Shown piece after piece: positions 26,944-39,637 of a stretch of DNA of 64,000 nt. Every line of letters starts with the position of its first letter. Position 1 is the stretch's first letter. The stretch covers positions 16,058,001 to 16,122,000 of the forward strand of contig CP075492.1 of NCBI GenBank assembly GCA_021613535.1, written 5' to 3'. The notes beneath the pieces were generated by a model. It made no database searches, was not told the DNA's origin, and saw nothing but the letters and a program-made list of their open reading frames with translations. Origin of the DNA: Adineta vaga. Taxonomy: Eukaryota; Animalia; Rotifera. The position numbers were made by a program, and so were the translations under genes.

Positions 26944-27398
26944 TATTAATTTAATTTCCTATACAAGAAATGATATCTTATTTGTACTTATTCAGACAAT
27001 TTCATATATGCGTCGCTTAATATATCTTACGTTCTATTGTTTTTTTTTCTTGTTTTGAATAATATACCTATGACGAAATAATGTATAACCTTCAAATCGT
27101 ACTTTTATTTTATGTACTCAAAGCGTATATTCAATTATTATTAATAAAAAGAATATGTTTCGAATATATTGTATGAAACATGTTGGACGGATTGGTTTAT
27201 AATTTTCTTGATAGAAATATTCTTCAACATATTTTATTTAAAAAAAAATTAGGATGAGAGCGAAGGTATACAAGTGACATCTATGCCTTCCTGCAGCCTC
27301 ATTCAATTTTACGCTTGATTTGCCAAAGTGATATAAAATCAACTGCGACGCTTAGTTTCTTCTGAAATATTTTTTTCAAATTCGATATGGAAAATTGT

Positions 27399-28448
27399 TT
27401 ATTTAGCGTAAGAATTACTATATGCATAGGGAATGTCATGTTTTTCAAGTTGATATCTTGGTGGACCTGATTTACTCGTTGATAGTCCCTTTGCCATTTC
27501 GACCCGACGTAAAAACTCTAATTTTGTTTCACCAGGTAAAACAGTTATGGGTTTCGATCCCGGAAGATTTTCAAATATCACCGTTCCTTCATCCATTGGT
27601 TCATTGATTTCATCACCACTTAAATTTCTCAATTGTGCAATTGTACATAATTCATACCACATTGTTAGTCGATCTTTCGCTCGTTGTGGATAAACAACTC
27701 GATGAATACCTGGTTTCAATTGATTCTGTGAAATACGAGCAGCTGCTTCTCCTAACCAAATAACACCAATATTCTTTTCTAAAGGACCATCGATCCATTG
27801 ATTTGTTACCATATTTCTCAATTGAAGTCCTTCATGTGTTGATAATACACTGATTGAAAGTAATCCGGGATCATAATGTGGAACACAATTAACTTCTTCA
27901 GTTGATTCACCAACTTCTGGTGGTTGAAAACCATTCTTATCATTGAAATAAGATACAATGTCGAGCATACCGAAATATTCATCATTCCATGGTAGATCTC
28001 CTTGTTCAATAAAAGAAGATAAAGACGGTTCTTGCTGAAAAACCGAATGTTGACCAAGAATTTCAATCAAACGTTTTGTTACAGCATCGAATACTTGAGA
28101 AAGATAGTTTAATGGTTGAACAAGATTGTATGGTATTAAACCTTTGTTTGCAAATTTACCATAATAACTTCCTGTTAATAATTTAATACCTTCTTTATGA
28201 TTCACTTTTGAATAACCATAGATTGGTACAGACTGAGAATATATATTCTTTCGTTTATCATGCTGAAAAAACTGCGAAAGTTCATGATGTAATTCAGAAT
28301 TTGGTATCATATCTGGCGGTAAATAGACGAAACACCAACCATTAGTTTCGAATTCATTTTTCATTCGTTGTATTTCAGTAGAATCCGTGCTATTCAATAT
28401 TTTGTTCAAATCGATAATAACTTGTGTATTCATCTTTGACGAAGCCAT
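27399..28448 (-). CDS. 2-oxoglutarate/Fe(II)-dependent dioxygenase (IPNS-like) with C-terminal extension; HGT candidate
   Basis: HxD 'PHYDPGLLS', 'GLQL', distal His 'PGIHRV' and Arg 'DRLT'. Confidence 0.85.
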   Translation of the reverse strand: MASSKMNTQVIIDLNKILNSTDSTEIQRMKNEFETNGWCFVYLPPDMIPNSELHHELSQFFQHDKRKNIYSQSVPIYGYSKVNHKEGIKLLTGSYYGKFANKGLIPYNLVQPLNYLSQVFDAVTKRLIEILGQHSVFQQEPSLSSFIEQGDLPWNDEYFGMLDIVSYFNDKNGFQPPEVGESTEEVNCVPHYDPGLLSISVLSTHEGLQLRNMVTNQWIDGPLEKNIGVIWLGEAAARISQNQLKPGIHRVVYPQRAKDRLTMWYELCTIAQLRNLSGDEINEPMDEGTVIFENLPGSKPITVLPGETKLEFLRRVEMAKGLSTSKSGPPRYQLEKHDIPYAYSNSYAK

Positions 28449-28704
28449 TTGTATTGAAGAATTCGGGTAACTATAGTGCGTCTTTGAAATTTATATTACA
28501 ATTGCTTATATAGGTGCAAACAATTTCTTGCACAACGTTTTGTAATGTTAGTCATGTATTCATACAACGATCGGCCATCGACGTATGACTCATTTCATCA
28601 CTTCCTTGCTCGTTAAGGTAGAAACTATAAAGTTATTATGATGACTCATCAACACTCTCGCACAACAAAATTATTATAAATCTACAAATATAGTTTGAAC
28701 AAAT

Positions 28705-30208
28705 TTATTCTAAAGATGGATTAAATTTCAAAGAATTTTTCGGAATAAAAGTAGAAATGAAAATCAGAACTGAAATAACTGAAACCTGTACTCCAACTGT
28801 ATAAATCATCGCTGGTCGAATTGTTTGTTTTGTATTATAAACTGAATCAATATATTTTCCAAGTAATGGATTACAAATCGCATAGAGAATAATATATGAT
28901 GAATAGAGAAATGCCATTACTGCACCTAAGGATGAAACATCACGATCTTTCAATTCTGGTTTACTTAATTCTGATTGTATATGTGCATTTAATGAAACAT
29001 CATCGCCAGCTGAACCAAAACCAAATGGAAGAAATGTCGCGGCAATAATCCATGCATGTTTTATTGTTGTTGAGGACGAATTATAAAAAGGAATATACCA
29101 TACAATTAATAATAATAAACAATCTAATCTTAACCAAAATATTGGACTACGAATTCGTTTTGTTAAAATAAAAACAGACAATGCTCCAAGTAATTCACCA
29201 AAATTCGATCCGCCAACAATGATTTGTGACCATTCGGAGTTATTTAAATATCTTTTAGCTATTTGTGGTGCGATACCATTTTCAATATAACGATGAATAT
29301 ATAATGTTAATGTATAACATGGAAATAACCATAAATATTTTCGTTTTTGAAAGATAATTTTTCCACCAATATAAACAGATTTACCAAACAAAATAAAACC
29401 TTTGATAATTGCTTTGAAATAATTTGTTTTACCATTTTGATTTTCTGCACCTGGAATTTCATCATTTGAAATATTTGTCTTTGTTCCAAATGCATTGATA
29501 AAAAACCAAACAATCGCTGATAGAGTAAAAAGAATTGGTGTTATAATAAACGCATAATTATTTCCTAGTCTGGGAATAAGAAGAAGACCTGTTGTAAAAG
29601 CTCCACTAACACCTGCTATTTCATAAAAAACATGAACTAAAGCGTCCATTCTTTGTAATTTTTCTTCATTACTTCCAACAATATCACGTGGAATGATACG
29701 TCGTATTAATTCAACCATTCCATAAGCAACACCAGTTAAACAATAAATTGGTATAAGAACATACGTTGGATATCTTCCATAATAACTATAATCATTTTCA
29801 TACATTGGATAGAAATTTTTTGGTTTCATTTTTCCACCTGTTGCTGCATCGATAATCATTAATAATGCTGTTAATAATGAAAATATAAATATGGATATTG
29901 ATAGAACAGTTCGTGTTGGCCAACGTTTTATTAATGGTGCAACTAAAATCGATCCTATGCATTGAGTTGCCTGATTTAATCCAACTAATAAACCGACTTT
30001 TTCAAATGTTTTAGCTGACATTCCACTATGCATTGCATCTCGATCATAACGATTTGTTGCTAAACTTACAATTGACCCATTAAACGCTTCTAAACCAAAT
30101 TTATATAACATTATTCCTAAGATATAGATTAACAAATTTCGTTTTTCTTTTCCATTAAATAAATTCCAAAGATTTTTCTTTTCATTTTCATCATCATTTT
30201 CTTCACTT
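28705..30208 (-). CDS. MFS-type multi-pass transporter, fungal-like; 5' exon(s) uncertain; HGT candidate
   Basis: About 12 TM segments with 'YKFGLEAFNGS', 'MVELIRRIIPRDIVG', 'VHVFYE' and 'GGSNFGELLGA'. The frame stays open back to a splice acceptor at 30209-30210; a possible further exon lies at 30327-30480. Confidence 0.8.
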
Positions 30209-30562
30209 CTAAATTCAGAAAGAATTCAAATAGATCATTGTATAAGAGAAAAAAAAGTAAAAATTTTCCAATCCGAAATACCATAGAATCAAACGTTCAC
30301 GCTCTCGAAGAAAAATGAGAATTTACTTTATTGGATTTCGTCTTGGTTGAAAAGGTTCCGTTTGATATTTAACAAGAGATTGTTCTTCTTCAAAATTTCT
30401 TCTATTTGAATTATATTTTAATGAACTTCTTTTTGGATTATTTGATTGATCAATAATCCATGTTCGTGAGGTTGGATTTACTTGAAGAATAATAAAAGAA
30501 GAAGAAGAAGAATTTTATTTCAAATAACATAATCTAATCTTACATTGAGATGACGATCTTAA

Positions 30563-33500
30563 GGGGGCCCCCCCACCATAAAAAGTCAATTTTTGTCAAA
30601 TTTTTCGATATTTTTTTTAATCTTTCATTTGATAAAGCAAGTTCTCCTCTATCGAATGCACTATCGTTTATCTAATTTACGATGAGTTTTTCGTATATTA
30701 TAGAAGTTTTTCTGAGACCCACCATTACAGATAATTTTGTTCGAAAAATTTCAGTGATTAGAGTCTTTCTGTTTTCCATTTTTACAGTGATTGATAAGGA
30801 ATTGAGTGTCATTAAGTCTAATAGGTGTTGAAATGGAAAATCCAACCTTTAAAAATACGAAACATCGGTTTTTGAAACCCGAAGTTTTCTATAAACCACT
30901 TATTGCAATATACTAATTCATAATAAATAACGTGGGTACTATCACACTTGATCTTTTTCGTGTTTTTCTTATTGTATATGATGTCATATACTATATTTTT
31001 CGTTCTACAATTGAATGCAATTCCACTTTTGCGTTCCTTCTATTAGTCATGAACTTTCTTCTTTGATTTTTTCGGACGTTCTGCTCTATATATAAATACC
31101 TATCATTACTTTATACAAGTAATATAACGTTCTCGTTCTCTGCTTCATCTAACTTCACTCTCTATCACTACTGTATATTTAACACATCTATTCAATCCGT
31201 TATCAAAAAGAATTCAATGGATAACATTAAAATTCGTCGAAAAACCAAAAGTAGAAGATCCATTATGAGAACTGTTCGGTCTAGCAATTCGAAAAGAAAG
31301 CGAAGTTGTTCATCAATATCCAACACTTCTAATGCAGAACAAATTGAAAATTTTCTCGATTCTTATTCAATTATTCATACCAAATCCTTGATCTCATTAC
31401 TGAAGCAATTTAAATGTTGTCAATGTAATAATTTATGGAATGGGTCAGTTCTAATCAAAGAACGAAATGGACTATATGTACAATTTGAATTTCGGTGCTC
31501 TTCCTGTGAATTTTCAACTCGTCTTTATTCATCATCAACATTACCAAATAGTAAACGTCATGATATAAATGTTCGATTAGCGCTCGGTGGTACATTGTGT
31601 GGATTAGGTCGTGATGGTATTGGAAAACTTCTTGGTGCTCTCAATTTGCCACCACCAGTTCAAGAACATAAATATCGTGCTACACAAGAATTCATTCTCG
31701 ATTACGTAGAAAAAGCTAAACATAAATCAATGGTTGCTGCGATTGAAGCAGCTATTGATGAAGGTGGTGGTGCGCGCGATATAACGGTGAGTGGCGATGG
31801 TGCATGGCTAACTCGAGGTTATTCGAGTATTCATGGAGTTGCTGCTTTATGCACAGCAACAAAGCGACCAAAAGTTATCGATACAAGCTGGTCTTCAAAA
31901 AAATGTGCAAAATGTCAAGGAGCAGAAAGCCTGCGTCACCTAGATCCTGGTTTGTTTGCATATTTCCAGCAAAATCATGAATGTCAACTGAACTACACCG
32001 GTAAGCTTTTTGCCAACTGTTATAAACTAAAATGTCACCCTAATCTCTTTATCTCAGGTTCATCCGGTGGAATGGAGAAAGAAATGATACACGAGATGTT
32101 TTCAAGATCCTGTCTAAAATACAACGTTATATACAGTTCCTATATTGGCGATGGCGATGCGAAAGTACATAAACATCTGACCAACAATCCACCATATTCC
32201 AATATATGTATAAAAAAACTCGAGGATACGAATCACTTCGCCAAACGTATGTTCAATAGGATCATGAAGATTAAAAAGGAGAACAAGGGTGTCTTACTAA
32301 GTGATGGGAAGAGATTCAATGGAAAAGGTCGATTTACTGATGCTTTAGCAATTAAATTTAAAATTTATTTTGCTAAAGCGATACGAAGTAGTAAAAATGA
32401 TTTAAATGAATTGTACAAGAAATCTTGGGCCATTTTTCGTCATCACTACTCCACAAACGAACAGCCCATGCACGACTGGTGCGATGGGCAGTGGTGCAAG
32501 TACATTCAGGCAACTTCAAATGGTCAAGAATACAATCACAACTCAAAATCAACCATACCACGACCTTGTTTAGATTTAATAAAACCTGTCTTCGAAGAAT
32601 TGTGTTCTTACAATAGTTTGGAACGAGTGGTAAATGGTGGTTCACAAAATGCAAATGAGTCTTTGCATGCGATGCTATGGACGATGGTACCTAAGCATAG
32701 ATACTGCTCTTCCACAGTTCTGCGTATTGCTTTAGGTTTAACGACAATCATTTACAATGATGGTTATGATAATTTATACAAAATATTTATCAGTATGTTG
32801 GCGTCTATGGGTTATTATTCTGGACAATGTTTTCGAAGACTTAGTGAACAAAGTAAATATAATAGATTAAAAGTTCAGAAGAGATTTGCAAAAAAAGCGA
32901 AAACAACAATGGTTTCTGGTGCTGATATCTCTTCAAGTGAAAGTGGCGATGAATTGTTATTTTCTATGGATTCAACCAATAATGATTCCCTCAATATTTG
33001 TAATGGCTTGATGGACTTAGAAATACTCAATGATAGTGTTATTAGTGACTATGAACCAGGAGGAGATGATTGATCTATTTGTCTCGACTGATTTTCTGAA
33101 TAGATTTGCTATCTTGTATCTTATTTTGGGTTCTCATAGATTAGTCTATAAACTTTTGTAGGATCTGTTGATCTAGAAACACTAAAATATACTTTCTGCT
33201 AATTTTCTTATCCATAAAATACTATTATTTTATTATATAAATTTATTGATATAAATTCAGATGAATTACATTCGTATTATATACATAACGTCTATTGACT
33301 TCGCGGCGGGCGAGAGAAAACACCATAAAATAGACTAAATATACTACATAGAGATTTTATATTAGCCTATTTAGTTTATTCTCATCAATATTGTACCATA
33401 CCCTCACTCAATTTCTCTTTCTCTACCATTTTGTCGTGAAAAACTTCTCAAACTTCTTTTGCTTTTTTCTCAAAATGAAAATTTTCGTCCTAAAGGTTTT

Positions 33501-33970
33501 TTGTGCCCCAGATTTCTCCACTACCGTAAGCGCTAGAAAGCTCGGGTTGGTCTTAAAATGAAGAGGATGATCAACTCTACATCTTAACAGAGTCGGATTT
33601 TTTATTTTATTTCTAATACTGAATGAAAGTCGTCTATTTTACAATACACGAACTTCCGTATTTGGGTCTCTCACGTAAATTTAGTTTAAAAAAATTACTA
33701 TAGCAAGAGAAAAAAATCTGACTTTGTTAAGTTGTAGTACCGGATCTCAGCAACATTTTAAAACTAGTCCGACGTCTCCAGCTTTCGAAATAGCCGAGAA
33801 ATCTGGGGCGCCAGAAGACCAGGTTTTGACCCAGGATCTCAAGGTGCGTTCAATATTTTGCGCTGAATTTTATACTGTATCATATCTGGCCCAATACAAG
33901 TCTCCTGTGAAATTTTCAGCAATATTGTATGATGAGAAAGCAAAATAGAATTGATGGTGGGGGGGCCCCC
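30563..33970 (+). mobile_element. Intact Kolobok-type DNA transposon (3408 bp)
   Basis: Perfect 17-bp TIRs GGGGGCCCCCCCACCAT, TTAA target duplication (30559-30562 and 33971-33974) and a single transposase gene. Confidence 0.9.
31217..33073 (+). CDS. DDE transposase (Kolobok / 'Mutator-like transposase' domain), with probable 57-bp intron at 32001-32057
   Basis: N-terminal CxxC...CxxC; catalytic-type motifs 'SGDGAWLTRGYSS', 'YIGDGDAK' and 'SQNANESLH'. Splicing restores 'NYTGSSGGME'. Confidence 0.88.
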   Translation: MDNIKIRRKTKSRRSIMRTVRSSNSKRKRSCSSISNTSNAEQIENFLDSYSIIHTKSLISLLKQFKCCQCNNLWNGSVLIKERNGLYVQFEFRCSSCEFSTRLYSSSTLPNSKRHDINVRLALGGTLCGLGRDGIGKLLGALNLPPPVQEHKYRATQEFILDYVEKAKHKSMVAAIEAAIDEGGGARDITVSGDGAWLTRGYSSIHGVAALCTATKRPKVIDTSWSSKKCAKCQGAESLRHLDPGLFAYFQQNHECQLNYTGKLFANCYKLKCHPNLFISGSSGGMEKEMIHEMFSRSCLKYNVIYSSYIGDGDAKVHKHLTNNPPYSNICIKKLEDTNHFAKRMFNRIMKIKKENKGVLLSDGKRFNGKGRFTDALAIKFKIYFAKAIRSSKNDLNELYKKSWAIFRHHYSTNEQPMHDWCDGQWCKYIQATSNGQEYNHNSKSTIPRPCLDLIKPVFEELCSYNSLERVVNGGSQNANESLHAMLWTMVPKHRYCSSTVLRIALGLTTIIYNDGYDNLYKIFISMLASMGYYSGQCFRRLSEQSKYNRLKVQKRFAKKAKTTMVSGADISSSESGDELLFSMDSTNNDSLNICNGLMDLEILNDSVISDYEPGGDD

Positions 33971-36900
33971 TTAAATGGATTTCTTAATGATATTTACAAA
34001 TTAAAAGAATCTTCATCAACTCGAAAAGACTTAAATGAAAAAATGAACTGTATTTCAGTATCAATCGATTGTTCCGCAAGAGTCTTGAAGAATGTGCATG
34101 ATGAATTGTTTGATTATTCGAATTCACAACAAAAAGTAAAGAACAACTCTAGTAATGTCATACCTTCTATCGTACCACGATTCGATGAATTTCACTTGTC
34201 ATCAACATTTTTACATGTTCTGACATCCAAAAGATGGTTTGTTATTTTGGGTGATCCAGGAAGTGGGAAGACTAGTCTTCTCCGATGGATAACATGGATA
34301 TATGCTCAAGCAGCTTATTCTCGTCATGAACAGCTGATTTTCGCAAAGGATTGTCATAGTTTAGTTCGCATTCCAATTTTAATCCGACTTGGTGAATTTG
34401 CAATATGGTTTGAACAAAATCCACAGAAGACACTAATAGATTATATTGGTAAACACACATGGTTTTCACAAATTTATTGTCATGATAATAACGAAATTGT
34501 CTTTAAAGAATTGATAGATCATGGTCATGCTTTAATTCTCATAGATGGGCTTGATGAAGTTTTCGAAATTAGACACAAACAAATGATTGTTGATGTTGTT
34601 CAAAAATTTGTTGATGAACATATTGTTGGATCTGATTTTCTATCTACTTCGGATGATTTCATTTTTAAAAATTTATCCAAATACTGCTATCAATCTCTTA
34701 CTGAAACATCGTCCCCAAGTAAACACAATGGTAATCAAGTTATTGTAACAAGTCGTTATATCGGTTACCATATAAATCCCCTTAATAGTGTTTTTATTCG
34801 TCATTATTTATTATCATTGATAGATCATGAAGAGTCAAAGATGTTTGTACAACAATGGATGATACAAGTCGAAAAAGGTATAGTTGACGTTTTAATTAAC
34901 GAAGGAATTCAAATTGATGAAGAATTAATCGAAAATATCTCAAAGAAACGTACACATATCATCAAAAATATGTTTGAAAATAATTTTGAATACTTACTAT
35001 CAAATCCATCATTATTATCTTTGATTTGTATGTTTATGTTAGAATCGTCTAATAACACTCAATTTAAATCTCGAGTACAATTATATGATTATGCCGTTCA
35101 GATAACATTTACCGATGATAAATGTCATGAATTAGGTATTTCAAAAACTTTACTTTATAAATTTCTTATAAATCTAGCAGTTCATCTTCACTTACAATCA
35201 ACATCTGGTTTGATAGATGAATTTGATATGGAACATCTCTCTTATTTTACTCTACGACAACAAAATATTTCAAATAATCGAAATGAATTACATCAAATTA
35301 CAAAGCAATTGATTACTTTATTAAAATCTAACAATTGTATTGTTGATGAACGAGGTTTACAAATATTTGGTTTTCTTCATTTATCATTTCAAGAATATTT
35401 TGTATCACAAGCTTTTGTACAAATGAATTCTTCGATCGAAGATCTAGTAGAACATATACTTACATTTATTATCAATCCTCGCTTTCGTCAATCACTTCTA
35501 ATGGCACTTGACTGGATCAGCTGGAAATGGTCACTAAATAATTATGATCAATTTTGTAAATTACTTCTTACTTTAAATCATAATTATTCTATACCATTTG
35601 GAACACTTCTTTTCTTTGATGCTATCAATGATATGCAAATATTACCATCAAATTCAATTATTTATATAGCATTAAATAATCTATTAGATCATCCTTATGA
35701 TATTCTTGCAAAATTCTATTTTATATCAAGTTTATCTAAATTAAAGGAAGATGTTATCATCGAATGGATGAAATTATATTTAGTAGATGAAAAACGTCTT
35801 CTTGTATTTTGTAAATGTTTATATATGACACGTCATCAATCCTCTAATATACAGAAGATCAATTCAGAATCAGTAATATCTTTAATTTATCAACAACTAC
35901 CATCATTTTCGAATATAAGTCTATCAAGTGAATTTATTATTGATCAAATTTTTCGACGTAGCAAAAATTTACACAATGAACTATCATCAAACAATATTTC
36001 TGTATCTGATATTCATCCATTAATACTTTCCGTTCTAATCGCAGTATGTGGAGGAGTGTATTTTGAATATGAAAATTTTATCGTAACGCCTAAATTTTCA
36101 TTAAACAATTTTCATCATAAATCATCGATTATGGAATATTTTATTCATAATAATGAATCTTATTCAATCAAAATCGACACATTAATCAAACAATATGAAA
36201 ATATTCTTGAAAGAACTTCAACATTGGATACGTCAGTTGATATTGTCGATACTTTCATGGCATTCATTTGTTTGAAAGGACTTTCCAAACCATTAATGTA
36301 TCAAGAATATTTAGCATTTTCACTTGCACTTGATCGATTAAAACGAATCTGGTTCTACTTAAAACAACCGTTTGAAACTCGTTATTTCAAATATTATACT
36401 GTCGATACATCTTCTATTTTAACATCTAATGTTGAATCAATTATCAAAACATACTCTACACAAACTCATTTATCAAAGCAAGAATGTATAGTATTATCAT
36501 TGGCATGTTCATCTGCATTAAACAAACTTTGTACCGGATGTTCATTGGCATCAATTCCATTCGATATTTCTCTTATTAATAATTCTAAACGATCTTTAGG
36601 ATCTCCACCAGACCTAAGTCACTTTGCTGGAAACAAACAATATCAAATTTCTAATAATATTCATCTTATGAAAATGTTTCAAAAAGAATCATATTTTCTA
36701 CTTACTTTCGTACCACAATCTTTACAAAAATTGTATTATTGTATGATCACTGATGTAACTAATGAAATGTATTCTTCATCGTTCGTTATATTTCTATCGC
36801 AATGTTTAATACTCTTAGAAAATGTTTGTAATTATGATCCCGATTTTGATCGTACATTATCAATGTTACAATCAGAATTAAATCAATATAAATTAGAGAA

Positions 36901-39637
36901 TTACAGTTTAATGTTAACATATAAATATTCTTGTAATCAATTAAAAGATTATGATAAATATATTAATATTGAACGTCAACGTATTTCTGATATGAAAGAT
37001 TTACAATTATTTTCTACATCAATTACTCTTGCTAAAATATTTCAATGTCGTACAAATGAATTTAATAAAAATCGAATTCTTTCCTCTATTGAAAGTGAGG
37101 AAGTGAACTTAATAATATCGAATATATCTGATCCAATCTTACGAATTATCGCTTTAAGTTTTGTCTTAACTATGGAAAAACCGTTAATCTTTGATGAAGA
37201 AAAAAGCGATGAATTAAAATTCGAAATGATTAATATGTTACAATCTGTACTTCCAACTCTTCCATTATTAATTTCTACTCTTTTATTTATTCGATGTTAT
37301 ACAGCACGTCCACTCTTCCCGCAGTTGTTTCATCAGATGGCTGATATAATTGGTAGAAAATTAAACGAAATAAATATTGTAAATGATATTCACGAAGCAA
37401 TTTTTATTGCTTTGCATCACTTAAATGATCCCGATCTTTCACATTATTTATTTAAATCTATTAAACAAACCAAAGCAAATTTATCTGATCTTCTTCAATT
37501 CAATTCATCCGTATTCTTCCAATATTTTAGTAATCAAAAAACATTCAATATAGAAAATTCGTTTCTCCTATCCATTATGTACTTGACAGAATTAGCTTTC
37601 GATGGTCAAAATTTAAAGATGATTAATACTGAAAACTGTAAAGATAAAACGATCTCTTTGAAACAATGGAAACAATTGTGGTCGAAATCTTCAATTGATA
37701 GAAATCGAATGACTTCGAAAATGGCAACGTGGATCACGAACTATTTAACATCGTCAAGTAGAACATTGATATATGAAATTATTGAAGACATATCTCATTG
37801 TTTAATGATCGACAAAAAAGCTGTATCAGTGATTGAAAAATGGCTCGATTATCGAACAGAAAAATATCTGAAATTTTTCGCACACTATGCTGCATTACAA
37901 CTATTGATTGAAGGTTTCAATACACCTGTTTTATTGGATATTATAACTGAAATATTGAACACTGACAAAACATTTTATTTCATTTCTTTCATACAAAATC
38001 TATTCAATTCAGAACTAATCCATTTAACTACTCTTCATCAAATTCTCATTCGATTAAATCAAAATATTCATTATTCTTCCGAGATATCTCTCTGGATTCA
38101 TCGTAAAGAAATTCTTGAATTAGTTCTCAGTTTAGAACTTGAACGAACTATTTCAAAAACCTATCCATCATCTCCATTCCTGATAAATTCCTTTTTATCA
38201 ATAATTGTTATTAATTCAGATGATTTACAATATTATCTTCGTACATTTATTAACGAACAAAATAAAGTTAAATATATTTTCAATGAAGACTTTATTGCAG
38301 TTCTTGTCAAATGGATTATTCACAATGAAATTAGAAAGGAAACGAATGAAAATTTCATTCTAGATTTCTACAAATATATCTTTATATATTTTCACGATCA
38401 ACAATTTCCTGAAATTCAAAAAGCTATTATTCATAGTCTCAATTTAATATTTATACATCGTTGTAACATATTTCAAGAACATCGTCTATTATTAGATTAT
38501 ATAATCATCCATTTAGAGAAATTGATTTCTTCGTTCGATCTGTATGCCAAAGATGTTCAATTGATTTTGTTATTAACGTATGGAAATTGTTTGATTCAAT
38601 TACGAAAGTATCAAATAAGTTACAGTCTCTCAAACAAAATTCAGAATGTCTTTACTAATCTTTTTCAATCATCATCATCATCAGAAATTATTTCTATTAG
38701 AGCCGCTTTTTGTTTAATGATCATAGAAGAATCGTCGATCACACTGGATACAATATCAAACTAGATAAATAACAAATCTAATTTAACATCTGAATATAAA
38801 TATCGCTTTTTGTTACAGCGAACATTATATAACTGGGATAATCATTTATCTAATGCTTATACAAAGGAAGTTGCTGAGTATATAGTTATACATTCTTCTG
38901 AACTTCTAAACAACTTTATTTCGGAATTATATGCTTATGTATCCAATAGTTGTCGCACTAGTTATCTTTTTGATCCTGAACCAGATTATATTGACATAGT
39001 ATGGAATTTAATGAATACAAATTTCAATTCATTTTTTAGTGCTATTAGAAGAAGCTGTTTTAAGGAAGATCAATTTAAAAAACAACTCTATTTATATTAT
39101 ATGAAACATCCAAGACACTCGACAATTGTAGTAAGATTTTATGCGGCGTTTGGTGTACTAACAGTTGAATTGATCGAAATGTTGACATGGATTAATGATA
39201 CATCGTCGGATGCAACATGGCAATATCTTAAAGATATAAAACAAGTATCGGATAGGGAAGTTATTGAAAAGTTATTTGAACAAATTGATTTAAATCTGTA
39301 CAATAACAAATTGGAATTTTTTACATCAATACTCAAAATAATTATTCAACTCGCTCAAGTTCATGTTGTCTCTTCATTAGAAGTACATCAAAGACTTTCG
39401 AGCATTCTTAATTGTTTATTATGTGACGAGAACTCTGAAGAATGGTCTGGTTTTCATAATATTATTAGTTGTTTATTAAGTCTTAGTTGTATTGAGCAAG
39501 TATCCCCATTTAATCATGAACTTGAATTATTCGCGGAAAATGATGTTGAAGAGGATTTTAAGCAGACAATTCAGATTGAACAACTAAAATCGTCTCTGTT
39601 TCTTCGAAGAGATTATTTTTCGGGTTTCTTTCAATAA
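33929..39637 (+). pseudogene. Large intronless NACHT NTPase (STAND/NLR-like) gene with transposon at the 5' end and one in-frame TAG (38762-38764)
   Basis: Walker A 'GDPGSGKT', Walker B 'ILIDGLDE', 'IVTSR' and winged-helix 'FLHLSFQEYF'. The ORF at 38810-39637 is in the same frame after a single TAG. Confidence 0.8.

Noticed and set aside
30559-33974. piggyBac assignment based on the TTAA TSD
   Set aside because: Termini are GGGGG rather than CCY, and the transposase motifs are not piggyBac-like.
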